64,000 nucleotides of DNA from a virus (Duplodnaviria > Caudoviricetes). Below, in pieces: positions 8,583 through 18,024 of this stretch. The DNA lies in IMG/VR virus record IMGVR_UViG_3300035145_001308, positions 1,911-65,910 of that record; one strand, 5' to 3'. A program made the translations under genes and the position numbers. Every line of letters begins with the position of its first letter. Position 1 is the first letter of the stretch. The notes beneath the pieces are model-generated. The model was not told where the DNA came from, did no database searches, and saw only the letters and a program-made list of their open reading frames with translations.

Positions 8583-8936
8583 ATGGGACGTCCTATTAAT
8601 AAAAGATTCTTCGGTGCAACCGGAGACAACTCACAACCAACAATACCAGTAAGATATCACAATGGTTCATCAAGTGTAGAAGGATACATTGTAAATCAAA
8701 AAGGTACAAACAAATTTACAGTAACAACTAACGGTACAGATACATTTATTTGCAGACTAGTTAACGAAATGGCACCAAACGCAGCAGGCGAAATGTCATT
8801 AGTAGGTTTAACAGGTAGTGCTGTTATCCTCAAAAAAATGTTTAACAGAACAGCAGTTGACTGGAACGGAAATCGTTATTCATGGACTGTAGAAGATGAC
8901 TCAACAGAATCATTGATTAGACTTACAGCACTTTAA
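8583..8936 (+). CDS. Small virion structural protein (beta-rich, 117 aa)
   Basis: Strong RBS; late promoter; MGRPINKRFFG N-terminus; first gene of a structural operon. Confidence 0.6.
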   Translation: MGRPINKRFFGATGDNSQPTIPVRYHNGSSSVEGYIVNQKGTNKFTVTTNGTDTFICRLVNEMAPNAAGEMSLVGLTGSAVILKKMFNRTAVDWNGNRYSWTVEDDSTESLIRLTAL

Positions 8937-8946
8937 GGAGTCTTAA

Positions 8947-9996
8947 ATGGCTGAACGTATTAATCGTATAGGTGCAGACAAGTATACCATCAAAGTTAAT
9001 GCTGATGGTGATATTGTACTTGATGTCGGCGACGGCGGCAAGGTTACAGTTAGTGGTAACCTAGACGTTCTTGGCGAAACAACCAGTATTGGTTCAAGTA
9101 CACTTGTTGTTGATGATAAAACTATTGTTATTAACAATAATGATCCTGGCGGAGACGCTGGTATCACTGACCTATTAGACGGATACAACAGAGGCGCAGG
9201 TATTATTATCGAAAGAGGTCCTGACGCTTTTGAAGCCAGACTGTTCTATGATGAAGATTTAGATTCAATAAGAGCTGGCGCAACACCTGTTAACGAAGGT
9301 GCGTTTGTATTTAAACTAGGAAATGGAAATCTATCAGGTATCCATACAACTAGTATTTTTACAGACACTAACGAAGACTTGTACTTACTAGGTACAGGAA
9401 CTGGTGTTGTAACTGTTGTAGGCACAACTGACTACGAAAAGCAAGTTTGGCCTTATACAGGAAGTGCAATCACTGTAAATCCATCTGCAGACGATGGACT
9501 ACAACCACCTATTGACGACGATGCACTTGTTAACGCAAAAGGTTTAAAAGACTATATAAGAGATTATAATCTTTATAATTTCCAAACTAAAATTTTAGAT
9601 GGCGAGTTATCAGTAACAAGTGTTGAAGCACTTGATCAAGAATCGGGTGCAGGAACTAGTAGAGTTGAAGTAACTGTAGACGGTGCTGTAATAGGTACAT
9701 TTTATGAAACTAGATTTGAAGTAGACAACTTACGTTTCAGCGGACAAACAATCACAAACAATGGTATAAACCAGGATATAATCCTTACCGGCTCAGGCAC
9801 AGGTAGAGTACAAGTAGACGGTTGGCAAAACTTCACAATTGAAGCTGATCCAGCAGCAGCACCTTCTGAAGGTGTTACTATATATTCAAAGACACTTGCA
9901 GATGGCGGTACAGGATTGTTTTTTTACAATGAAGACGGCACTAATGACGAATTTGTAAGCAGAAACAAAGCATTACTTTATAGTATTATTTTTTAA
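8947..9996 (+). CDS. Virion structural protein (fibre/baseplate-associated)
   Basis: V.GNL.V.G.TT.I.S..L.V.D..I fibre-shaft motif; hydrophobic C-terminus KALLYSIIF. Confidence 0.6.
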   Translation: MAERINRIGADKYTIKVNADGDIVLDVGDGGKVTVSGNLDVLGETTSIGSSTLVVDDKTIVINNNDPGGDAGITDLLDGYNRGAGIIIERGPDAFEARLFYDEDLDSIRAGATPVNEGAFVFKLGNGNLSGIHTTSIFTDTNEDLYLLGTGTGVVTVVGTTDYEKQVWPYTGSAITVNPSADDGLQPPIDDDALVNAKGLKDYIRDYNLYNFQTKILDGELSVTSVEALDQESGAGTSRVEVTVDGAVIGTFYETRFEVDNLRFSGQTITNNGINQDIILTGSGTGRVQVDGWQNFTIEADPAAAPSEGVTIYSKTLADGGTGLFFYNEDGTNDEFVSRNKALLYSIIF

Positions 9997-10005
9997 GGAA
10001 GAACA

Positions 10006-10338
10006 ATGGCAGTAGTAAATAGCGCAATAGCAACAACAGATACAACCTTAATAACTGTGCCAGCAGAGAAAAAATATGCTTTGACAACACTTCTTGTATG
10101 TAACACAGGCGCAGACGATGGAGCAGGAACAAATGACACTAGTGTAGATGTACACGTTGTACCAAACGGAGACACTAAATCTACAACTAACCTGATTTTG
10201 AATGACTTGGAAATCGCCGCAGCAGATACATTTACTTTTTCTGCAGAACGTTTAATATTGGAAGCTGGAGACAGACTTATTCTAGTAGGACAAAGTCCTA
10301 CTAATCTTGTCGCTACATTAAGTTATTTGGAAGTATAA
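10006..10338 (+). CDS. Small beta-sandwich virion protein (110 aa)
   Basis: AAGGAAG RBS; all-beta pattern (TLLVCNT...ERLILEAGDRL); tightly coupled between structural genes. Confidence 0.6.
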   Translation: MAVVNSAIATTDTTLITVPAEKKYALTTLLVCNTGADDGAGTNDTSVDVHVVPNGDTKSTTNLILNDLEIAAADTFTFSAERLILEAGDRLILVGQSPTNLVATLSYLEV

Positions 10339-13300
10339 ATGAGTTTTATTAAAAGACAGTCATTACATCAAAGGAAAGTAGGAGATAAAACATTTATCTT
10401 GACTGCCGACGGTAATGTTGAAATGAACCTCGATGAGGGTAAAACATTTACAGTTGCCGGTGACATGCAAATTACAGGTACTCGAGCAGGACCTACAACA
10501 ACAAACATCTATTACGTGTCAGAAGAAGGTAGTGATGATAATGACGGAAGAAGTTTTGATGCTAATGGTGCTTTTGCAAGTGTTAAAAAAGCAGCAGAAG
10601 TAGCACCATCAGGATCAACTATTATTGTTGCACCTGGTGATTATTATGAAAACAATCCAATCACTTTAAGAGACTTTGTAACTGTTAAAGGTGATGGCGA
10701 GTTACGTAACACAAGAATATTTCCTAAAAACAACACAGATGACTTGTTCTTTATGGGTAACGGTTGCTACCTATTCCAAATGACATTTAGAGGATTACGT
10801 TATCCAGGATGGTGTGCAAGAATACGTCCAGGCGCTCTAGTAACAACATCACCTTATGTACAAAACTGTACTAACATGAACGGTCCTTGGTTAAACGACG
10901 GAACAGAATTTATTCCGTTTGAAACAGTGCAAATCGAAGGCATCGAACCAGGTGCAAGACCGTTACAAGTATCAGATTATCCAGACTTACCGACTGAAAA
11001 ACAAGTTAACGACACAGGCGGCGGTGGAGGTATATTAGTTGACGGTGACGAATATGATCCAGCATCACTTGTGTTCTCATTCGTTGCTGACGCATTTACA
11101 CAGATTTCACAAGGTGGTATTGGCTTCCACATTACAAACTTTGGTTATACACAGATTGTTAGTTGCTTCTCAGTTTTCTGTTCTGTTGGTTTCTTAACTA
11201 CCAAAGGCGGCTACCTATCAATTTCAAACTCAGTTAGTGACTTTGGACTAGAAGGTGTAAAAGCAGATGGATTTTATCCTATTGCATACACAGGTGCTGT
11301 GCCTGCTGCAAACTATTATTCAAGTGTTGCAAGTATTACACTTGATTTTGCAGGTCAAGGATATACAAGCACACCTACAGTGACATTTGATGCGCCAACA
11401 GGAGTCGGAGGAGTAACTGCTACAGGTACAGCGACAGTTGATTTAACAACAGGCGAAATTGCAGCAGTTAGTATTACTAATCCAGGTAGCGGTTATAAAA
11501 CAATACCAAATGTAACATTTAGCGGAGGTGGAGCAGCCATTGATGCTACTGCTGATGTAAACCTTAGAACAAATGGAAGTATTGAGATTTCAAGTTTGCG
11601 TGATAAACCTGCAACAGGTAGTATTATTAAGTTTGAAGGAGATGATACATATTACTATATTACAGGTAGTGAAGTATCTGTTAATCCATTTACATATAAT
11701 GAAGAGACATGTAAACGTGACGTAAGACGCATTATTGATGCAGTAACTGGCGATATTGTAATGGGTACATATTATCAGAGTACAGCAGCAGCAACAAGTT
11801 ACCTAAGAAGCACATCAAGAAAAGTTATACTTGATCAGCTTGCTCCTACAATATTTGCTATAAACTCTGTAAGAGATGAAATGAAAGCTCTTACATCGAA
11901 CTTAGCTATGAAAGAAGAAATAGATCAGCGTATTGCTATTATTACAAGCACATTGGCAGCAGATGATAGTAGTGTGACTGAGTTTATAGGTAGCGATTAT
12001 TTAGATAGCTTAAATGATTTATCAAGTATCGACGACGAGATTATTCAAGCTAAAGATAATATTTTACAAAACAGAGATTTTATTTTAGATGAAATCTCAG
12101 CATACATTAATGACCAGTTTACTGAACTAAGTTATAACACTGCACACTACGAAGAAGACTTAACAGAATTTTTGAATGCCTTAGCTGAGTATATGGCACA
12201 CGGCGGCGATCACTTGGTTATTAGAGCAGCACAAGAATTTAGATTCAGAACAAGATTTGAAGATTTACTTTTATCAAGTTTTGATTATTTGAGACAACAA
12301 GTTTTAGGCTACTCAAATGTATCTGCGGATGCGACAGCAGTTGAAAGAACAAACGAAGCATTTAATGTTTTGAAAAATGTTGTCGACGATGGCGATAGTG
12401 CTGGATTAGTAGCAACTTTTAATGAAAGTGCAGGAGCTACAGCAAATGGTATTGATACTAAAGATCAGTTACAAGCAAACAAAGAGTTTATTAAAGCAGA
12501 GTTTGTTGCATACCTAGATACACTAGATTCAACAATAACTTACACAGAAAGTGAATGGTTAGGTTATGTTGAAAATCTTGTAGATGCATTAACTTATGAT
12601 ATGTTATATGGTGGTAATAGTGCGACTGTACAAGAAACAAAATATATTTTTAATGCAGTAACATGGAGCGACTTTACAACATCGAATATACAAGCAATAG
12701 AAGATGCATTTGCTAGAGTAAGATTTATTGTACAACGTATTGTTAGAAACTTAACAGTAACAAAAACAGCAGCTAATGCTGAAAACCAAGATTTTTCAAG
12801 TGGTAGTGCCACACAAGTTGAAGCAACAGCTCTTGATGCATTAATACAAAATTTAGAGTTAGTCATTGACGAACAAGCCTTAACTAATCTTGCTACTAAA
12901 ATATATCCTGTAACAGAAGATGAACCTGCAGGACAACAAAATGCTAAACTTACATTGCAACCACAAGTTGCAAACTTGATTAGCCTTGCAGCAGATTATA
13001 ACCTTACAAACAATCCTGATTTAACTTATAATATAGAAAAATGTAAAAGAGATGTTGGCTATATTTTTGATGCTATATATAGAGATGCTCAGTTAGGTAC
13101 AAATCATAACAGTATTACAGCAGGACTTGCTTATACGAGAGCAAATGTTGCTTACTTGAATACACAACAAAAACCAGCAACTATTATTGCACTTAGAGAA
13201 GCAAAAAGATTACAAGTTGCAGCAGCTAACGGCGAAGCAGCTTTCCAAGAAAAAGTTGGAGATTTATGGGATAATGTACTAGATATTATCGAGTTTGAGC

Positions 13301-16300
13301 AACAGCCTAGCGAAGGACTTGAATATCCAGAACCAGGACCTGCAAGTACAAATCTTATCAACGCACATGCACAACTAGTAGCCAACAGGGACTTTATCAA
13401 AGCTGATGTTGTTGCGTACATTAATGCAAACAACTTTACATATAATGAAGAAAAGTGTCGTAGAGACACAGGACTTATTATAGACGCAGCAGGTTACGAT
13501 GCATTACTTGGCACAAACTATAATGCAGTAACAGCAGGACTTGCATACCAAAGAGCTAACAGTGCAAAAGTTTTAAGTGATCAGTTGACTGAAACTGTTG
13601 CAGGTATTACTTTTGCTAAAAATGCAGCGAGTACAGCAACAGCAAGTGATGCAACAGCACAAAGTGATGTTGAAGCAGCATTTGACGAAGTGCTAGATAT
13701 TTTACAGAACGGCGTATCAAATGCCGATGCACTTACATGGACAAATCCAACTGCTGCAACAACAGGACAAATTAATGCTAGACTACAACTGCAAAATAAC
13801 AGAAACTTTTTAGCAGCAGAAGCAGTCAGTTACATACAAAACAACTATGAAAACTTCACATACAATCAAGCCAAGTGCGAAAGAGACATTGGGCTTATAA
13901 TGGATGCAGTTGCACTTGATGTTGCACTAGGTACAAACTACAACGCAGTGACAGCGGGTCTTTCATATCAACGTGCAAGTAGTGCCGATTTACAAGATGA
14001 TCAAAAAATACAAACACTAGATGCATTACGTGAACTTAAAAAAGAGATTGTATTATTAGGGTTAAGTGACGATGCTGAACCATTAGCTGAAGCAGCAATG
14101 GATGAGATTATTGATATTTTAGATAACGGTGTATTAAGCACAGATACAGCAGCAGATGCGCTAGTATTTCCTACTCCTAGCTCATTACCAACTACAAATG
14201 CCGTTGAAGCAAAAGATCAACTAATAGCAAACAAGACCTTTATTGTTGCTGAAATCACTGCATGGATAGCAGTCAACTTTCCAAGTTTAACTTACGACAG
14301 CACAAAATGTGAACGTGATGTTGGTTATATTGTTGACGCAGTTTGCCATGATATTTTATACGGTGGCAACAGTGCAACTATCACAGCAGCAAGAAGTTAT
14401 TTTGTTGACGGTACAGGACAGTTAGGATCACCTAGTGAAGAAGCTGCAACAGCAGATGCTTATAACAGACTAGCTGACATTATGGGCGATATTGTAATGG
14501 AACTACCTGTAACAAAGTCTACAGGCAACTCAGAAACACAAGATACAGCAGGAACTCCAGCAAGCTCAACAGAAGCAGATGATGTTGAAGGTTTGGTAAC
14601 AATCATCGAAGATGTTATTAGAGCAGACGACTTAGATGATATTCCAGCAACAGTATTGCCAAGTGTAACTTGGGCAGCAAATGATTTACAACAAGCATAC
14701 AACACAATAAAATCTAACAAAGAAGACGTAACAGAAACAGTTATTATACACATTGCAAACACATTCCAGTCATTCACATATGACGAAACAAAGTGTCGTA
14801 GAGATGTAGGAATAATGATTGAAGCAGTTGCATATGATGCATTGTTCAATACAAACTACAATCAAGTTACTGCTGGTCTTGCATATCAAAGAGCTAATAG
14901 TGCATATGTTTTAAGTGATCAAAACTTGCAAACTGTGAAAGCGATTGAATACTTAAGAGACGAAATAGATAACAGTGGTTTTGGATTGACCAGCTTGTAT
15001 AAAACAAGAGTAAAAGCTGGCTTCAATGAGATACTTGATATTATTAACAATGGTACTGTAAGCACAGATACCGCTGCTGATACAATAAATTTTCCAGATA
15101 GTGGACTAGATGCAGAATATCCAAAAGCAGTTACGCAGATACAAGCAAACAGAGATTTCTTAGCTGTTGAAACAACTGCATATGTAACAAACAACTATCC
15201 TCTTCTTACATTTGACAGCGACAAGTGTGCAAGAGATGTAAAGTACATTGTTGATGCAATATGCTATGATATCATGTATCGTGGTAACTTAGCGTCAAAA
15301 CAAGCGGCAGAAAGTTATTTTGTTGGAACCAGTAGTCAACTAGGTGCAGGACAACAGGCAGCAACAGTAGCAGCGTATCAAGAACTTGCAAACGTTCTAA
15401 GTGATGTTGTGCAACAAATCTCACATGGCACACTAGAACAAGTAGGAACTGCACAAGATACTAGCAATCCTGGCGCTACACTTGCTATTGCTAACGAAGC
15501 AGAAGCATTGCTACAACTTGTTGAAGATGTTATTGCAGCAGGCAATATCAGCACACTACCAGCAGACGATTTGCCAAACACAACATGGCCAACAGCAAGT
15601 TTACAAGCAGACTTTGGATTGCTATTCACAACATCAAGGGTAGAGTTTTACCAAGATGAAGTGATTGATTACATTAATAGAACGTTTACACGTAGTTTTA
15701 CATTTGATGCAACTAAGTGTAACAGAGATACAAAATATATTATTGATGCACTCACATATGATATCTTATATGGCGGCAATAGTGCTACACACCAAGCAGC
15801 ACAAGCATACTTTGTTGGTGCTACAAGCCAAGTTGCAGGACAGCAAACTGAAACAGCTGATGCATTAGGATGGGTTGATACCCTATTAGGTAGTGTGTTA
15901 CTTGATACAGTGTATGGAGATCCAGAACAGACAGCTGAAACACAAGATACCACCGCAGGTGCAGCTACTTCAACCGAAGTTGATAGAGTAGGAGAGCTAA
16001 TAGGCATATTCCAAAATGTTATTAAAGACGGTATTGATCAGCTTCCAACAGAGACATATCCTGATACAACATGGGCAACTAGTGGTGCTCAAACTGCAAT
16101 CGCAGCATTGAATACTGCGAAGGATACTATTGTTGCAGATACTATTACAGAACTAGAAGACAACTATAATGCTCTATCATATGATAGTGACAAGTGTGCA
16201 GAAGATACCGGACAGGTATTAGATGGAGTTGCGTTTGATTTGTTATATACAGGAAACATTGCTACACTTATTGCAACTAGAGCGTATTTCTTAGGTACTA

Positions 16301-17916
16301 CACAATATTTGCCACAAGAACAAAGACAACCAACTGTCGATGCATATGCTCACTTCCAAAGTATTGCAAGTAGCTGTATTCAAGGTATAGCGGTTACACC
16401 ACAAGCCGGAAACACTGAATCTCAAATATTGTCAGGAAACTACGGTACAAGTTTAGAAGCAAGTGATTGTACGTCTCTTATAGGTATTGTAAAAGATGCA
16501 GTAGACAACGGAACACTTGTTGGCACACCAAGCGAAATAGAGCCAGACTTTAGTTGGTTACCAGCAACTACAAGAAGTGCAGCAGCAAGTATGTTAGCAC
16601 AAAAAGTAACAATACAAAATAGTGTTATCGACTTTATTAACAGTGATATTATTGGATTTACTTATAATATTGAGAAATGTAAAAGAGACACAGGTTATAT
16701 TGTTGATGCAGTAGTATATGACCTAATGTATGGTGGTAACAAGCAATCACGTAGGGCAGGATTAGCATATTACAGTGGTGCAATACTTGGAGCAGCTAAG
16801 GTAGGAAACACCGATCAAGTTGATATTACAGCGTATTCATACTATTACTTAGGCGATATTATGAATAAAATAGCACAAAACGAAACTGTGACACCAAGTT
16901 ACAATAACAATACAAGCCAAATACAAACCACACCTGATGCAGACACAAGCGTTGGTGCTAGTGTAGAGTTGCTTGTAGATAGACTTGCATTGAGTGTTCT
17001 ACAAGGATACACCACAGGATGGAGTGAAGTTAACCATAACTACGAACTTGGTAGTAGTGTATACAATACAGAACGCACAACTATCGTAAATGCTACTGAA
17101 GATATTGTTGACACAAGTATTGCTGCATTGAATGCAGAATACGGTGGAACAGCACTTATTAATGTATTCCCAGGTATTGTTTCAGTAGAAACTACACAAT
17201 CTGCAGGACTGTATAATGTGTCAACAATCAGTACTTCAGGACATGCTTTTGAGTATGTAGGTGCAGGTGTAACTTATAATGCACTTCCGTTCTTCGGCGG
17301 CACAGCTATACCTGAAAAAGAGATTATTGAGTCAAACCAGGGTAAGGTTTTTGCTGGTGGTACAGTTGACCAAATAGGTAACTTTAGAGTTGGTAACTTC
17401 TTTGGTGTTAATGCTCTAACAGGTGCTATTACCCTAAACGCTAACGAAATTGACTTGTCAGGACTTACAAGTGTAGGACCATTTATCAGAGACGGCATTC
17501 CAGTTGGTGTTGAACTAAAAGAGGTTAGTGATAACGCAAACTTAGTGGCAAGCGTTGGTACACAAGACTTTAACACTGTTCCAACACAGAAAGCAGTTTC
17601 AACTTACGTTGAGAACAGATACCTAAACAAACTTACAGGTGGTACTGTTGAAGGCAACACTACATTTGAAATAGATGTAAACATAGAAGGCAACTTGGTC
17701 TTAGTAAATAATGACCTTGAGGTGCAGTACGGTGGTACTGGTGTAAGCACATTTACTGAAGATGGTATATTATACGGTGACACTGCTAACCCTGTAAAAG
17801 TTACAGCCGCAGCAGGCACAAGTGATGCAAGCAACAGTTTCCAAATACTAACAGTCACAAGTGGTGCTGATAGCACTCCGGTATGGACAGATACTATCGA
17901 TGGTGGTAGCTTCTAA
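10339..17916 (+). CDS. Giant virion/fibre protein (2525 aa): beta-helix (pectin-lyase-like) domain, 12 helical KCxRD-type repeats, C-terminal IDGGSF
   Basis: YYVSEEGSDDNDG...IIVAPGDYYENNPI beta-helix cap; repeats (F/L)TY..xKCxRD.GxI.DA..YD...GxN; C-terminal SGHAFEYVGAG and DQIGNFRVG segments shared with the next gene. Confidence 0.75.
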   Translation: MSFIKRQSLHQRKVGDKTFILTADGNVEMNLDEGKTFTVAGDMQITGTRAGPTTTNIYYVSEEGSDDNDGRSFDANGAFASVKKAAEVAPSGSTIIVAPGDYYENNPITLRDFVTVKGDGELRNTRIFPKNNTDDLFFMGNGCYLFQMTFRGLRYPGWCARIRPGALVTTSPYVQNCTNMNGPWLNDGTEFIPFETVQIEGIEPGARPLQVSDYPDLPTEKQVNDTGGGGGILVDGDEYDPASLVFSFVADAFTQISQGGIGFHITNFGYTQIVSCFSVFCSVGFLTTKGGYLSISNSVSDFGLEGVKADGFYPIAYTGAVPAANYYSSVASITLDFAGQGYTSTPTVTFDAPTGVGGVTATGTATVDLTTGEIAAVSITNPGSGYKTIPNVTFSGGGAAIDATADVNLRTNGSIEISSLRDKPATGSIIKFEGDDTYYYITGSEVSVNPFTYNEETCKRDVRRIIDAVTGDIVMGTYYQSTAAATSYLRSTSRKVILDQLAPTIFAINSVRDEMKALTSNLAMKEEIDQRIAIITSTLAADDSSVTEFIGSDYLDSLNDLSSIDDEIIQAKDNILQNRDFILDEISAYINDQFTELSYNTAHYEEDLTEFLNALAEYMAHGGDHLVIRAAQEFRFRTRFEDLLLSSFDYLRQQVLGYSNVSADATAVERTNEAFNVLKNVVDDGDSAGLVATFNESAGATANGIDTKDQLQANKEFIKAEFVAYLDTLDSTITYTESEWLGYVENLVDALTYDMLYGGNSATVQETKYIFNAVTWSDFTTSNIQAIEDAFARVRFIVQRIVRNLTVTKTAANAENQDFSSGSATQVEATALDALIQNLELVIDEQALTNLATKIYPVTEDEPAGQQNAKLTLQPQVANLISLAADYNLTNNPDLTYNIEKCKRDVGYIFDAIYRDAQLGTNHNSITAGLAYTRANVAYLNTQQKPATIIALREAKRLQVAAANGEAAFQEKVGDLWDNVLDIIEFEQQPSEGLEYPEPGPASTNLINAHAQLVANRDFIKADVVAYINANNFTYNEEKCRRDTGLIIDAAGYDALLGTNYNAVTAGLAYQRANSAKVLSDQLTETVAGITFAKNAASTATASDATAQSDVEAAFDEVLDILQNGVSNADALTWTNPTAATTGQINARLQLQNNRNFLAAEAVSYIQNNYENFTYNQAKCERDIGLIMDAVALDVALGTNYNAVTAGLSYQRASSADLQDDQKIQTLDALRELKKEIVLLGLSDDAEPLAEAAMDEIIDILDNGVLSTDTAADALVFPTPSSLPTTNAVEAKDQLIANKTFIVAEITAWIAVNFPSLTYDSTKCERDVGYIVDAVCHDILYGGNSATITAARSYFVDGTGQLGSPSEEAATADAYNRLADIMGDIVMELPVTKSTGNSETQDTAGTPASSTEADDVEGLVTIIEDVIRADDLDDIPATVLPSVTWAANDLQQAYNTIKSNKEDVTETVIIHIANTFQSFTYDETKCRRDVGIMIEAVAYDALFNTNYNQVTAGLAYQRANSAYVLSDQNLQTVKAIEYLRDEIDNSGFGLTSLYKTRVKAGFNEILDIINNGTVSTDTAADTINFPDSGLDAEYPKAVTQIQANRDFLAVETTAYVTNNYPLLTFDSDKCARDVKYIVDAICYDIMYRGNLASKQAAESYFVGTSSQLGAGQQAATVAAYQELANVLSDVVQQISHGTLEQVGTAQDTSNPGATLAIANEAEALLQLVEDVIAAGNISTLPADDLPNTTWPTASLQADFGLLFTTSRVEFYQDEVIDYINRTFTRSFTFDATKCNRDTKYIIDALTYDILYGGNSATHQAAQAYFVGATSQVAGQQTETADALGWVDTLLGSVLLDTVYGDPEQTAETQDTTAGAATSTEVDRVGELIGIFQNVIKDGIDQLPTETYPDTTWATSGAQTAIAALNTAKDTIVADTITELEDNYNALSYDSDKCAEDTGQVLDGVAFDLLYTGNIATLIATRAYFLGTTQYLPQEQRQPTVDAYAHFQSIASSCIQGIAVTPQAGNTESQILSGNYGTSLEASDCTSLIGIVKDAVDNGTLVGTPSEIEPDFSWLPATTRSAAASMLAQKVTIQNSVIDFINSDIIGFTYNIEKCKRDTGYIVDAVVYDLMYGGNKQSRRAGLAYYSGAILGAAKVGNTDQVDITAYSYYYLGDIMNKIAQNETVTPSYNNNTSQIQTTPDADTSVGASVELLVDRLALSVLQGYTTGWSEVNHNYELGSSVYNTERTTIVNATEDIVDTSIAALNAEYGGTALINVFPGIVSVETTQSAGLYNVSTISTSGHAFEYVGAGVTYNALPFFGGTAIPEKEIIESNQGKVFAGGTVDQIGNFRVGNFFGVNALTGAITLNANEIDLSGLTSVGPFIRDGIPVGVELKEVSDNANLVASVGTQDFNTVPTQKAVSTYVENRYLNKLTGGTVEGNTTFEIDVNIEGNLVLVNNDLEVQYGGTGVSTFTEDGILYGDTANPVKVTAAAGTSDASNSFQILTVTSGADSTPVWTDTIDGGSF

Positions 17917-17940
17917 TAAAGCTGCCACTTTTACTCCTAT

Positions 17941-17948
17941 GATAAATA
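17941..17948 (+). promoter_or_regulatory. Late promoter GATAAATA
   Basis: Intergenic octamer upstream of the 3156-aa gene. Confidence 0.65.
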
Positions 17949-18024
17949 ACATTACAGCGATTTCTATCGTGTAGTTTTGGGCGTCTATATAGACCTGACC
18001 CGTACCTAAATAGGAGGCAGCCGG

